Assembly (NCBI GenBank): GCA_029717555.1
Contig: JAMDHS010000005.1
Location: 310,001-374,000 of the forward strand
Direction of reading: 5' to 3'
Length of the DNA: 64,000 nt
DNA from: Peribolospora baueri
Lineage: Eukaryota
The notes beneath the pieces were generated by a model, which ran no database searches, had not been told where the DNA came from, and worked only from the letters and a program-made list of their open reading frames with translations. This document shows, piece by piece, positions 1-12,906 of this stretch (positions are counted from its first letter, which is position 1; each line of letters begins with the position of its first letter). The position numbers were made by a program, and so were the translations under genes.

Positions 1-1304
1 CGTCTCGGTCGCTCGGTCGCTCGGTCGGCCGGTCGGCCGGTCGGTCTGTCTGCGGGCTGGATGTATGTACGGATGTGTGTTGTATGTTGTATATCGTATG
101 TAGATGGAGTGCGTAGAGAAGACAGACAAGACAGGACAGAAGACGGCTCGAGTGGTCGGGGCAAGGGACAAGACGCACGGGGGTGCGTAAGCGAGGGAGC
201 GAAGAGAGGGTAGCGCGACCGCTTGCTTGCTGGCTGGCTTGCTTACAGTCGCTTATTTATTACCTTTCCGGAATCGACGCCATTTCTAATCCCACCTTTG
301 GCCTTTCGTTCGCCGCTGCCGCCCGCCTTTTCCGCCGGACGTCCTTTCTTTCTTTCTTTCTTTCCTTTTTTTTATGACCCTCTCTCCGTTCGCCACGAGG
401 TCCGTCGAATCGAATCGAGTCGACGTCGCTCCTGCGCTCCGTTGCCTCCTTCGGTCCGGCCTTGTCTCGGCGTGCGTCTGCGTCCCAGCCAACTCAGCTA
501 GCTCCTTCCTGTCTGTCGGTCGGGTCTGGTCTCACTTGCTTCCCCGACCGCCCCCTTGGCTCGGCTCTGCCTTGGCCTGGCCTTTTTCCTTCCTTCCTCG
601 TCCGCGCCCGCTCGCCGGCCTTGCCGCAGCCGTCGCCTGTCGCGGTCTCCACTCGCCCGCTCCCTCCATCCGCCGCCGGTCGTCTCCTCCCGCCCGCTCG
701 CTTCGCCCCTTCTGTGCGCCCTCGGCCGAGTCGAGTGCACACCATCGCTCCGACCATCATCCATCATCCATCCATCGTCCATCGTCGTCTATCAGTCGCC
801 AGTCGTCACTCGTCAGCCATCCTCCTCCCACTTCCATCCCACTTCCATCGCCACTCCCACTTCTCATCGCCACATCCACTCTCCCGCCGACCTCCCTTCT
901 CCACTCCCCTTTCTCCCCAACACCGACCGACGCCCGACGCCCGACGGCCCCGACGCCGCCCGCCGTCCTTCGTCACACGCCAAAACCGAAAACCCAAAAC
1001 ACACGTTCATCTTGCTCCCCCCCCACCTTTTTTTTTTTCTTTCCGTGGCCCCTCCCCTCCCCTCCCCGTCGCATCGCATCGCATCGCATTGTACATCGAG
1101 CGCGAGCGAGAAGACAGATCGACACCCCGCTTCCTCGCAACCACACCCCACGGTCGTACACCACCGACATCACCACTACTACCACTCACCACTCCTCTCC
1201 TCTAGCTGGACTGCTAGCTGGCCACCGCGCCCCACGTTCGCCCCCACTCAGCTCCCACTCCTCTCCGCCCGCTCACACGCCCCAACCGCGACCGCCCCGC
1301 TGCC

Positions 1305-2618
1305 ATGTCTGTCGAACTCAACCCCCACGTCCAGCTCGGGTTCCCGCGTGCGTTTCTTTTGTCATCTTTCCTCCTCCTATCTCTCGTCCGTCCCAGTCGC
1401 CGCCCGAGCCCGTGGTGGTGGCCCGGCGGATCGGATCAGACGGCCGTCGACGCCCTTCACGCCCCCGCCGGCCTCCTTCGCTCACCCATCCGTCCCTCCC
1501 CCATTCCCCCCCCAACAGGCCCATTGACCCAGCTCGTCAAGCGCACCCTTGTCGTCTCCAACCCCAACGCCCAGCCTGTCGCCTTCAAGGTTAAGACCAC
1601 CGCACCCAAGCAGTACTGCGTCCGGCCCAACTCGGGCCGCATCGAGCCTGGACAGAAGGTCGAAGTCGCCGGTGAGCCCCATCCGCCTCCCTTTTGTCCC
1701 TTTCCTTCTAGCCATCGCCGACTGAACATTCCTCTCTCTCTCTCTCTCCAGTCCTCCTCCAGCCGATGAAGGAGGAGCCGCCCATGTCAGCCAAGTGCCG
1801 GGATAAGTTCTTGGTCCAATCCACCATCGTCACCCCGGATCGCGAGGACGTCCCGATCCAAAACCTGTGGGCCATGCTGGAGAAGGACGATAAGAAGTCG
1901 ATCCACGAGCAGAAGATCCGATGCGCTTTCTTGCCCCCGCAGTCCGCCCCCGTCCCTGAGGAGGACGGCATCGACGCCGCGGGCGCTTCGTTCAACGCAG
2001 ACGAGGTGAGAAGGCCCGCTGGATCTCGATCGGAGGAGGCATGGCCTTGGAGGAGAGGCTCACGCCGTCCATTTTCTTTTCTCCTTTCTTCCCCCCCAGA
2101 AATACGCCACCGTTCGTTCAGCTCCCAACGCCATCAATGACGATAGCCCTTCCCCTCCGCCGTACGGTTCCTCCCCCTCTTCGCCCACGGCCAACGGCTC
2201 GAGCGCCATCCCTGGCCCCAAGGAGGCCGCGAACGGCTCCATGTCCGAGAAGGCCAAGGACGCCGAAGTCTTCGCCGCCGCCACCTCCAGCGTGGCCGGT
2301 GCGCAAGCGAGCGACTCGGGCTCTCGAGACGTCAACGGCCTCCCCTCGTCCTCCACCCCGTCAGGCTCGAGGCGCTCGCTCGAGGAGGCCGAGGCGGAGA
2401 TTGCGCGTCTGCAGGCCCAGCTGGACGCGGCCAACACGAGCCTGTCGACGCTGCGCCAGCGCAAGCCCGCATCGGACGACGCCAAGGCCGTGCCCGTCTC
2501 GGCGGCACAGCCGGCGCAACAGATGCTGCACCAGGCCGCCCCCGCCGAGGGCGTGCCCGTGCACATTGTCGCCGGCATCGCCTTTGGCGTCTTTGTCTTC
2601 ACCTACCTCTTCTTCTGA
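1305..2618 (+). CDS. SCS2: VAMP-associated protein (VAP/Scs2 family), MSP domain plus C-terminal TM anchor; 4 exons
   Basis: The splice gives MSVELNPHVQLGFPR|PLTQLVKRTLVVSNPNAQPVAFKVKTTAPKQYCVRPNSG (VAP signature FKVKTTAPKxYCVRPN), then CRDKFLVQS, a coiled coil (SLEEAEAEIARLQAQL) and a terminal TM (VHIVAGIAFGVFVFTYLFF*). Introns at ~1348-1519, 1672-1751 and 2006-2099. Confidence 0.95.
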
Positions 2619-3786
2619 GCTTGGGATCGGATGCGCCGTCCGGTCGATCTTGTGGCCGACTTGACTTGTGCCGCGGGCGGAGGAAAAGGGGGGGGGAGGG
2701 GAAGGGGGGAGGGAGAGAGAGCGCGAGAGAGAGAGCCGGTGAGGAGTGGAGCGGGAAAGGAGGGGCCGGTGGATGGCAAGGTCAGGGGTCGCATGGTCGT
2801 GCGTCGGCTTTGTCCGCTCGCTCCCGTGCGTCTCACTTCCTATTCTCCTGTTCTCATATATACTATAAATTGGCTTCCCTCTCCACCTCGCCCCGCTCCC
2901 CGCGGGCTCTTCCCTCGCCCTCCATCCTCTGCTCCCTCTCCTCCCTCCTTCCATTATACCATTCCACACTCTTCTTCTCTCGTTTCTGTCTCGTCCTTCT
3001 TGTTCATTTTCGTACAAAAGTGTACGTACTTGGTCCCATCGGTCGCTCGTCCGTCCCCATGTCGGTTCGTCCCGTCTGGAGCGCTCGAGGCGCTCGCTCT
3101 CGTCTGTCCTTTCTTGCTGTCCGGTCTCCCCTCTATAAGTATCCTACCCTCCCTTCCTCTTTCCCTCCCCTCCGACCCTATCTCTCTGTCGCTTCCCTTC
3201 TTCTCAATCTCCATTTTCCTGCCCTCGCCCGACGAATGCGAGCGCCAGACTGACGACGTAAGCCGCTCGCTCTCCGTCGCCGCCTTCCGTCCATCCTGCG
3301 CGTCCGTCCGTCCGTTCGCGCTCTTCCGCGCTCGCTCGCTCGATATCGCTCTTTCTTTCGGTCTTCTTTTCTTTCTCTGTTTCTCTTCCTGTCTCTCGTC
3401 CCCTTTTTCTTCCATGTTAGCCTGCCCCTGTTCGCTAGCTACTTACAGGCTTTGTCATCCATCCGTCCATCCATCTGTCCGTCGATCCGGTTGTCCGTTC
3501 GGCCCGTCTTTCGTCGTGCATTCATCCCGTCCGTCAGTGGTCCGTGCGTGCTGTGCTCGCCACGAGTGGATGAGTGGGGATGCCACGTGGAGTCGAAGGT
3601 TCGAGGACGTCAACGATCGAGCTCGCGTCCCTTCCTCCCTCTCTACCTGTCTGTCCCACCTCCCTCCGTCCTTCTCTCCAGTTTCCAGTTTCGAGTCCGA
3701 GCAAGCGAGCCGTTCGACGGGTCTCGTCTCCCCACGTTCCCACCGCACCGCACGCACCTCGCCTGATCGCTTGCGAACCCGTCGTC

Positions 3787-5096
3787 ATGGACGAGATGTG
3801 AGTCCCTCCCTCCCCGTCCCTCCCACCGTCCGTCCGTCTATCCGTCTATCCGCCGATTCGTGCGCTCATACCCCTTCCACATCCCGCAACGGTCTTCTTC
3901 TTCTTCTTCTTCTTCTTCTTCGATCGGGAAGAAAGAAAATACCGCCAGTGACACGGTACATGCTAGCGAGCGCGCTTGCCGTCACGGTCCCGTGTATGCT
4001 CATGCTCGTTGACCCGCGGCTGTATGTGTTGGTGTGGCCGGCTGTTACGAGGCGGTGGGAGGTGAGTTGGCGGTTATGGTAGTTCCATGTCTCCCCATGT
4101 CCGGTGGAGTGGGAGGATGAACGTCTCCGGATCGCATCGCTTCGCAGATTTGGCGTCTCTACACCGCCTTCTTCTACGGCGGCACCGGCCTCCCTTACCT
4201 TTTCGACCTCTTCATGCTCTACCGCAACTCGAACGAGCTCGAGGTCAATGCGTTTTATCGCAGGACGGCGGACTACGTGTTCTCGCTCCTTGTTGTCGGG
4301 TCCACTATTCTGGTGAGCCCGTCGTGTCGTTGTGACTTTCTTGACTCCATCGTCGTGGGTTGGTCCCACGGGCGGGTGGAAGGGGAACTCGGCGACTCGG
4401 CGACTGTCCCGCCGACGTTCACCCCTTCCGCTGCTTTTGCTTTGTCCTCCCTCCTCCTCCCTCTCTCCCCCGTCCAGGCCCTCAACTACCCTTTGCGGAC
4501 GATGGTCTTCTGGAGGCCGCTCCTCGTCGCACTGACCGTGAGCCGTTCGCGCAAGTATCGTCGAGACGAGCTATATGATCGCTGATGGACGGACGTGACC
4601 TCCCCAGTACCTTTGGTCCCGTCACAATCCCAATCTCCAAGTCTCGCTGTTCGGTCTCATAAACATACCGTCCCCCTACTGGCCCTACACCCTCCTCGCC
4701 ATGGACTTTTTCCAAGGCGGCGCCCCGGCGCTCATGTCCGGAGCGACCGGCATCGTGGCCGCCCACCTCTGGTGGTACCTCGACCGCATCCGTCCCGCCC
4801 GGTTCGGCGGCAGGAGGCTCCTCTCTACCCCCGCCTTCCTCCGCCGGCTTCTCCCCGACAGTGTAGAGCCCGGCAGGGAGGCCGAGGCGGAAAGGCGCAG
4901 GCGAGCAGGCTTCTCCGGTGCTGGCATCACCGTCGGAGGCGGCGTCGGCACCGCCTACGCGCCCCGGGGCAGGAGTCTCGGCGACAACGCCGGCGCCGGC
5001 CCGAGCGGGAGCGGCGCGCCCGCCTCCGTCACCTCTTCTACCGCCTCCACTACCGGTTACCGCTGGGGCAGGGGACACCGCCTGGGCGACCGGTAA
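3787..5096 (+). CDS. Derlin (Der1/Dfm1-like rhomboid pseudoprotease of ERAD) with C-terminal SHP box; 5 exons
   Basis: Spliced MDEIKKIPPVTRY...WE|IWRLYTAFFY..LFDLFMLYRNSNELE...YLWSRHNPNLQVSLFGL...GIVAAHLWWYL. It carries the WR motif and GxxxGH-like derlin motifs, and ends YRWGRGHRLGDR (SHP box, Cdc48 binding). The first coding exon is 11 nt. Confidence 0.92.
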
Positions 5097-5737
5097 ACGA
5101 GCGAGCGAGCGAGCGAGTACGACGCCGTCCGAGCGATGATGAACTGGCGTCGTCGTCGTCGTCGTCAGCAGCCAGCAGGCGGGCAGGCAGGCAGCTGAGC
5201 ACGTGTACATGCACATGCGTCCTCCTTCCATCATCGTCGAGAACCTATCGCATCGCGTCGCATCGCATCATATAATATATATAGTATCGCGTCGTTCCGT
5301 CCCGCCGCGTCCTCTCTCCTCCCCTCTCCTCTCCTCTCGTAAGAGCACGTCAAAAGCCGGCTCGAGTCCGAGGAAGCCTCGTCCTTTCCCTCCCTCCTCC
5401 ACCCGCCGGCCCTTCTTTCTCTCTCCCCCTCCCCCTTTTTCTCCATTCGACCCGGGCGGGCGCGAGGGCGGACGATGGGCGAACGCGAAGGCGGCGCCTC
5501 ATGACCCGAGCCCGAGGAGACGAAACGAAACGAGACGAGACGAGACGAGGCGTCCATTGCGCTTCCTGAACATGTTCATCGTGTCCATCCTATTCTAAGG
5601 CCCCTCCCTCCCTTTTCACAAGCACACCCCCGCTCCGTTCGTTCGGGTTCGCTCTGGCACCTCCGTTCGGTACACGATACGATGCATGTGACCGTGCGCT
5701 TTGTTCGAAAGGAACGACAGACAAACAGACAGAGAGA

Positions 5738-8049
5738 TCAGGCGAGGGACGGGGACGAAAGAAGGAGCGAGGCGGCGACGAGCGTGGCCGCCAGGGCTAG
5801 GGCCAGGGCGTTCGGGCGTAAGTACGCGGCGGCGTTGCCCTCGAAGACGCGGAGGGAGCGGAGGGAGAAGTAGGCGTCGTCCAAGGCCGTGTTGTTGCTT
5901 GCCACGTCTGCCGAAGAGGAGGTGGTGGTGGTGAACGGCGTTCGTCAGTGTGACCCCGGGACGGTGCGGTTGCGAGTATTGAATGTGAAAGAAAAAAGGG
6001 GAAGAGGGTCAGGGGTGGGCCATGAGCGAATCATCGTGGAAGAAGGGTTTAGGCCAAAAAAGAACGCTCGCCGACGACCTCGTATGATCGATCGCCACTC
6101 ACAAGAAGGACAAGTGCCAGGGCAGCCGGCCGCCGTGAAGGTGTTGGCAGCCCAGTCGCCGCCTGTGTTTGATGGCGGATGAAACCGACTGATTCGAGGT
6201 TAGCCGAACGCGAAACTTCGGGCACGAAGGCAGGAGACGGTTGAGCGAGACCGGAGAGGAAAGCAGGCCGCCAAAGTTACCGGAACGCACACAAGTCGAT
6301 GTTCATGACGATCATGTGAGCCGAGAACTGGTTCTTGCACGACGAAAAGTCTAACTTTGCCGCGGGCGTGCCCCATGACGAGGTGTCGATGGAGGACGTG
6401 TTGAGGCTCTGTTAAGGCGTCGAAGTGTCGAACGCGTGCATGACTTGAGCAACTTTTCTAAGGGGGAAACGACAAACAAACAAAGGGGGAGGGCCGCGCG
6501 ACTGACCTTGAGTTCCGGCGGCGAGCTCGAAGACGAGCTATTGGACCAGAACCACACGGAGACGGTGCTGGGGGAGATGACGAAAGAAATGCGCGATCCA
6601 ATACGGCGGTGGACGAAACATCCGTCAGGGAGTGGACCGATGGCCTGAATGGGTTTCTGCCGATCTGATGACGATCGAACGACGTCGGGAGGACGGAGAA
6701 GAATGGCGGCCGCCAGTCTCACCCGGCGTGCTTGATATCTCTCTCCATGACATAAACCCCGCCTCCGGCGGTGTTAAACCCACGATCGAAGCTGTTCCCG
6801 GCGTTGGACCCCCCGTCGAGCGCGACCCGACAACCGACATTCGCGCTCGTGTGGCCCGAGCAGTTAGCGTTCTGGAGCGTTCCAGTCATGTCAGAACTTC
6901 CGGCGGGAGAGGGGACGACGCAGGACGAGTCGGTGTGCACCGAGACGAGGTCGTACTGGTACTGCGAGTTGGCGCCTGGTCGATCGTTTAGAAAAAAATG
7001 AGGAGGACGTATAGCCAAGCTGTCAGGCACTCTTTCCGAAACGAGGCCTGTTATCGATCGACAAACAACGACGTCTCCAGTGCGCACCTTCTATAATGTC
7101 AATCTCTCCTCCCTTGGGCCAACTGCTAATGTCCGGCGCGACTGTCCAAATCGCAGGCCTGCGAAAGAGCGCCAAAGGTGAGATGACCAGCCAGAGCGGC
7201 TTCAGTTTTTTGTACAAGACGACGTCATAAACCCTGATGGGGAGGGTTCGACCCTGGCTTTGAACGAGACACGACACACCAAGTTGCGCAGCCGGTGGGG
7301 ATGTGTGTGAGGTCGATCACGTAGAGACCCTGACATGGAAAAGGGAAAGGCATACAGGTCAGCCAGAGTTGGGAATGAAAGGCGATTCCGTACCCGCACT
7401 CACGTCGCCGTAAGTATCCTTGCTCTGTAGTCTTACGCTGTCCCTCCCGGTCGCCGTGAGGGGGATGGCGTTAGAAGAGTCGGTGCGAAGGGTGAAGACG
7501 TCGTTACCTGGTCATAGGGACATGTGCGTTTGGTAAGAAGACGTGACAGACTTCGAGACCTGGCGTCTGAACCAGCCGCGCCGAGTCAGGTAGGAGATGA
7601 GAGCAGGCTCGACGCTCACTGGTCTGGACGAGGTTTGCACTCTGAGCGGCGGACTGGTCGACGTAGCTTGAAACGCAGGGCGAGAGAATGAGGAACGAGC
7701 GACGTCAGTCCCTGCCAGGACTATGCGAGTCGAGATCCGTGCAGATACCCACTTGACATAACCTTGCGTAGGGTCGGCGCCAGTGAAAAACGCTTGGAAG
7801 GATCACGGTTCGTGTGAGTCACGCCGAAGTGTGTAAGCATCCCACAGTATCGTACCATGTCAGCCTCTTTCAGTCCCACCTGAACGTCGGTTCGAGGCTT
7901 TACTCACTGAAGTCGTTGATGAAATCGTTCCCTTGGTACGTCTTCGCCAGGGTCCACGTACCGCCCTGAACGACGGTGACAACAGAGAACAGGAGCGGCA
8001 AAAGGAAGAAAACGGAGGGCAAAAATTGAAGAGAACACATGAAAGGCAT
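5738..8049 (-). CDS. GH16 endo-1,3(4)-beta-glucanase-like protein, signal peptide and probable GPI signal; ~10 exons
   Basis: Spliced: signal peptide, YQGNDFINDFTFFTGADPTQGYVNYVD, GRDSVRLQS, HIPTGCATWPAIWT, WPKGGEIDIIEG (catalytic ExDxxE), FNTAGGGVYVMER, NIDLCGDWA, DAYFSLRSLRVF, then a hydrophobic tail NALALALAATLVAASLLLSSPSLA*. Confidence 0.93.
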
Positions 8050-9293
8050 CGAGAACGGTGTGGAGGAAATGGATAGGGTCGAGGTGTGCAGAACGCCAAT
8101 GTCGCAGGCGATGAGGGCCTCTAAGTGGACGCAGGCGGAGTCTGAGGGGACAAGAATTATTCTATTTGCGTCCATGACCTGTGAAAGGAGAAGACGGGGG
8201 CTAGGTCAAGGTGACCGCCCGACGGGCGGAGAGGACTGAACATGAGTGAACGATGAAAGACTGCGAGAACGCGACTCGACCGAGCGCGAACCTGTCCGTC
8301 CGTCCTCAAGGGTCGGGCCCCATGCACAAGGGCTGTCTGTGTTGGGAGGAGACGAGACGGTCGCACGAATCTGATGCCCTCGTCGTTCGGACGAGGCGGC
8401 CGAGTCAAGCGTTGGGGCATGGGCATGGCTTAGTTGCCGATTCGATTAACCCGGTCTATCTGAGACACTGAAAGGACCTGCAACGAGCGAAAAAGGGGCG
8501 CAGCATCCGGAGGATGGATGGATGGGAGACGTGAAGCGGACGTGCCGTGCCGATCCGATCGGTCGGAAGAAAAAGCGGAGAGAGAGTGACGTAATAAAAG
8601 TCGCGCATCAGGATGTGTATGATCGGCGGACAGAAAGGGTTTCCTGTTTCCGAACAACTGACTGACTGACTCTCCATTCCCAGTACAGTACGTCTTGCCG
8701 AGGGTTGAGATCCCTCCTCTCAATCGGCTGGCTTGGAAGTAGGCAGGTGGTTCCCGTCTTTCAAAGCTAGATAGATCGCCCGATCCCGAGCAAAAACGAC
8801 ATTAGATCGTCTCGCCGAGGATGAGAGGCCGGGCACTGCTTGGAAAGAAAGGGCTTGGGAGGCATTCTCGCAGGTGGTGAGGCCTCCCTCCGCCTGCTGA
8901 GCGGGAGAGGAGCGATGGACCGGGCGCTCGTGGTCGAACGGAACGGGGGTTGCGACGGGTCTATTCTAGCTACGTATACGCAAGAGCAGAGCTGAGCTAG
9001 GGCAAAGAAAGGTAGGCTATGAGGGGCAGGCAGAGCGGAACGGAACGGAATGTGTAGATATGAAAAAATGAGGCAAAGGATGGACAGCAGAGAAGAAGAG
9101 GAGGAAATGCATATGCAAGAGAGGCGCTCGGGGTGGTCCTACGGATGAGGAAAGCCGAGCTCCGTCCATTCGCGTTCGTTCCGCCAGAAGAAGACAAGCA
9201 TGACGCTCGCTCGTTCGTCCGTCCGCGCATCCAGCGTATTCCGGCCCGATTAAAAGTATCGAAAAGCGAAGAAAGTCCAACCATCCATCATCA

Positions 9294-11478
9294 CTATCTG
9301 AGAAAGAAGATGCTGAGGGAGACCGACGCGAGCATGGCAAACAGGGTCGTCCATGCTGATGGATCAATGAAACCTAGAGCGCCGTTACTGGGAGCGAAAA
9401 GGGCCGACAAGTCGAAGAGAGGCCAAGGTCAACGTCGGAAAGGACGGAAGCGCGAAGAGGATGGCCAGCACCTCTGCGTACTCACGCGTTGACCAGCGTC
9501 CGGACGGTCAATAGGGCCACGCGCCCATCGATGGTGGTGCCATTAAGAGGGGTGGCGGTGCCGTTGTGGTTGATACCGAGGCTCGTCGCGTTCATCAACA
9601 CGCCCGCAGGGATGTAGTCCGCGGTGGTAGACCAGACGTTGCCATTGTACGACGTGTTGCCGCCCGGTCCGGAGGTGGCGTTTCCCACGATGAGGTCGCG
9701 GGCAAGGTCATAGCCGTTGATGACGATGTTGTGGCCGCTCGAGACATTCATCTCGTACGACGCTGCCATGAAAATGGCGCCCGAGTCGGCTTCTTTGCCT
9801 GATTGGGTCCAGTAGCGGATGTGATTACCGCCCTCGATAGACTCCTGGTGACGTGGGAAGAGAACAAGAAACGCTCCACGCTTAGGACCGACGAGAGATG
9901 CAAGGCTTCACGGACGTTCGAAGAATGCTCACCTGACAGGTGCCGAAGAAGGTGCTATGGAACGGACGGGAGCGCGAGGGATGTGAGGAAAACGGTCACA
10001 CTGTCAGCCGTCCATTTCCACGTTGCCGCCCATCTACTGCCCCCGCCACTGAAGGGCACACTCACTTGCCAAAATTATACCTCAGCTCCTCCGTCTGGTT
10101 GACGTAGCCCCTGCCGTCGCCGAGGTTCGCTGCCTGCGGGGCGCCAAGATGTTGTCCCAGGCATTCCGGACCAAATTTGATGGAGCTGTACGGGAGAGCG
10201 CGGAAGACGATGGGAGGAGAAGAACAAGGGAGAGCAAAGGCGCGGCAAAATGAAAACAACCGGAAGGTGGCAGTGGCCGTGAGCGCATGAGGAATCGGAT
10301 GGAAACAGCCGATTTGATCATCACGGAGGCTGCCTTTGCCCGTCCTCCCGGAAGCGGAGGGCGTGCCAACCGGGTCAGTCGTCCCTCCGAGCGAGATGGA
10401 TCGCCCTTCCGCCCTCCAAAGCCATCTTCGCACGCCTCGCTTCCAACATTGTCCATTCCCCACCACGCTTCGTAGATCTCGTCCGAGTTCAAACCGCCAA
10501 AGTGGGACGCGAGCACTCACGTCATGTAGAGCCGGAAGCCCTCGTCGGTCAATACGTTCTTGTCGCTGTTGGCCGAGATGATCACGTTGAGGGGTTCTCC
10601 TAGGCCGACAGTGTAGTTGCCCGGGATGAACTGGAGGGGAATGAATGCAGTTTCAGCGCGGACAAGGAAGCCACGGTGGTGGCGACCCCCTAACCTTCTT
10701 GCATCGAAGCCCACACGCGGGCACGGAGCGACGACGACGAGGAACGACTCGGACCACCGTCCCTGTCGGCCAGGGAAGAGGGAGCACTCACCGTCAACAT
10801 GTTGCCGCCCTTGTCCGCTGGGTCGTAGTATCCCGCCGCTGGAGGGTTCTTGACCTTGTCGCGCCTCGAGACCACGTCCCCACCGTCTCTGGTCCGTCCT
10901 GAGCCTGACGCGCTCGTCCCTGGCGCGTCTCGCGCCTCCGCCTGCCGCTGCCCCGGACGATGATGGCCTGTTGCTGCGTCTTGGACACGTCTCCTCTTCT
11001 GCCGCTCCTCCATCCCCGTCTTCAATTCCCTGTCTCCAGCGCTGCCCAAAGAACTGGCCTCGGGCGCGGGCGCGGCCGTGATGGCGCTTCGGAGCGCGGA
11101 CACGTCGCCGCTATCGAGCGTCTCGACGCGGCACTTGGGCCCAGCGTCGGTGTGGGACAGTCTGTTCGCGTCGTCGGGCACGGCGAGGGGGGTGGAGAGG
11201 GATGGTGGGGGGAGAAGGAGAATTAGGGCTGTGAGGGTTAGGAGACGGGTCGTCGATGGCGTGGATGGGCCGGCGACACGAGCGGGAGTGATGCGGCGGG
11301 CGGGGTGGGGGCGAGATGGAGTGAGGCTGGGAGCGACAGAGGGGGTGGTGGCCGGGTGTCGTTGATGGCGAGAAGAAGGCCGACGAGAGGTCGAGGTGGA
11401 GGGGCGATCGAGCGTGGCGGTGGTTAGGGTGACGCTGGGCGTTGCCGACGTGGGCGACGGCAAGAAAGGCGACGGCAT
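9294..11478 (-). CDS. Uncharacterised secreted/GPI-type fungal protein; ~6 exons
   Basis: Exons join in frame: GYYDPADKGGNMLT|...GLGEPLNVIISANSD...|SIKFGPECLGQHLGAPQAANLGDGRG...LRYNFGN|TFFGTCQ|ESIEGGNHIRYWTQ...HNIVINGYDLARD...IDGRVALLTVRTLVNA|NGALGFIDPSAWTTLFAMLASVSLSIFFLR*. There is a hydrophobic segment near the N-terminus and many N-glycosylation sequons. The start codon is uncertain. Confidence 0.8.
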
Positions 11479-12906
11479 GGGGCCTTGTCTCGCCTGGAGG
11501 GGAATGGAGGGCGGGTGGAGGGAGGGCGGTAAGGAGATGGAGCGAAGGACTGGAAGCGGGTATGGGACAGGGGCCCGAAGAACGACGAGGGGGACGGGCG
11601 GGCGACGGGAAGATGGAGGGCGAGGAGATGGCTCTGCTCTGCTCAGCTCAGCTCAACTCAGCTCAATTCAGCTCTGGTCAGATCTGCTCCGCTGGCTCGG
11701 TTTCGAGATGTGGGGTGGAAGGAGAGAGGAAGGAGGGTGGTGCTGATTTGTCGCTGCTATCGATGAAGCTGGCGACACTTGAGGAGGTAGATGGGGTAGA
11801 AGGAGAGATGGGATGGAGGAGGTGAGAGACGGGGAAGAAAGGAGGAAGGCAGGCTGGCCAGGGAGCGAGGAACGGGCGGACGATGGTTTAGACAAGGGAA
11901 CTCGAATCGGCCGGGAAGAAGAATAGCGACGACGGCGACGTGACTGACGACCCGAGAGGGACGACAACGACGGGCGACGAGGCAGACCGACGGACAGAAA
12001 GAAGCTCCCGTTCCGACCCCCGACGACGAGCCCGGATGGATCTACGTCGGCCGGCCATCCATCGAGTCAAGACGACGATGTCCAACGTCCAACGCCCAAC
12101 TCCCGGCAAATGCTGCCAGCCGGGGGTCGAGTTGGAGGCGTAGATGGGCGCACAGGAGAGAAAGGCGGATCGCGCACGTACCCTCCGTCGTCGTAGACAA
12201 GGCAACCAGGCGCTCACACCTGCACAGCTCTGTCTTCTTCTACCCACTCCCTTTTCCTACCTCGTCATTCTCCGACCCGCTCGTCCACCTCGATCCGTCG
12301 CCCGGCCCGCCCGCCGGGGCGTCCTGCCGAGCCAGGGCGAGCAAGCGCATTCCACATCTACATGCCGGCCAGGAAGACTGTTCTGTCCTCTTCCAGGACG
12401 AGAGCGGCCTCCGTCGTCGTCTTTCGCTTTTCCGTCCTCGACTTCGCCCTCGTCTCGTCTTCGTCTCGTCCTCGCCTCGAGTCGCCATCCGTCGTTATTA
12501 TCATTCCTCCTCCCGCTCTATATTAGTCTGCCGGCTCCAACTGATCACCGGCCAGCGGGCTTCATTAACGGATTCCTTATGCATCGCCTTTCGATCGTCC
12601 TCATGATCATTCCGCCGTCCCGTTGGACCGTCGCGGCGATAGGCGGCGATCGCCCACGCGACGTCGTCGCCGTGCTGCTGCGGCGACGTCCACAGCCGAA
12701 ATGGATGGACGAGAAAGAGATGGCCTCGCACGGGGCAACGCAGCCGAGCGTCCGTCAGTGCGCCTGGCGACATGTAACCACGCACGTCGCCACTCCCTTC
12801 CCTCCCTTGGCCTTCTCCTTCTTGTCTCCACGACGGCCCCCTTCCGGAAGAACGAAAGAAGAAAGAAAGAAAGAAAGGACGAAGGAAGGAAGGAAGGGTC
12901 GCGAAT

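Noticed and set aside
1..55. Short CGGTCGCT/CGGTCGGC tandem units at the window start
   Set aside because: Simple low-complexity repeat like many others in this genome; not telomeric or CRISPR-like.
374..1594. Long Pro/Ser/Arg-rich ORFs upstream of SCS2 (and similar ones at 2631-4082, 12144-13115, 48499-49641, 53640-54728)
   Set aside because: They run through C/T-rich UTR or intergenic sequence that is naturally poor in stop codons. They show no domain-like content and are treated as shadow ORFs.
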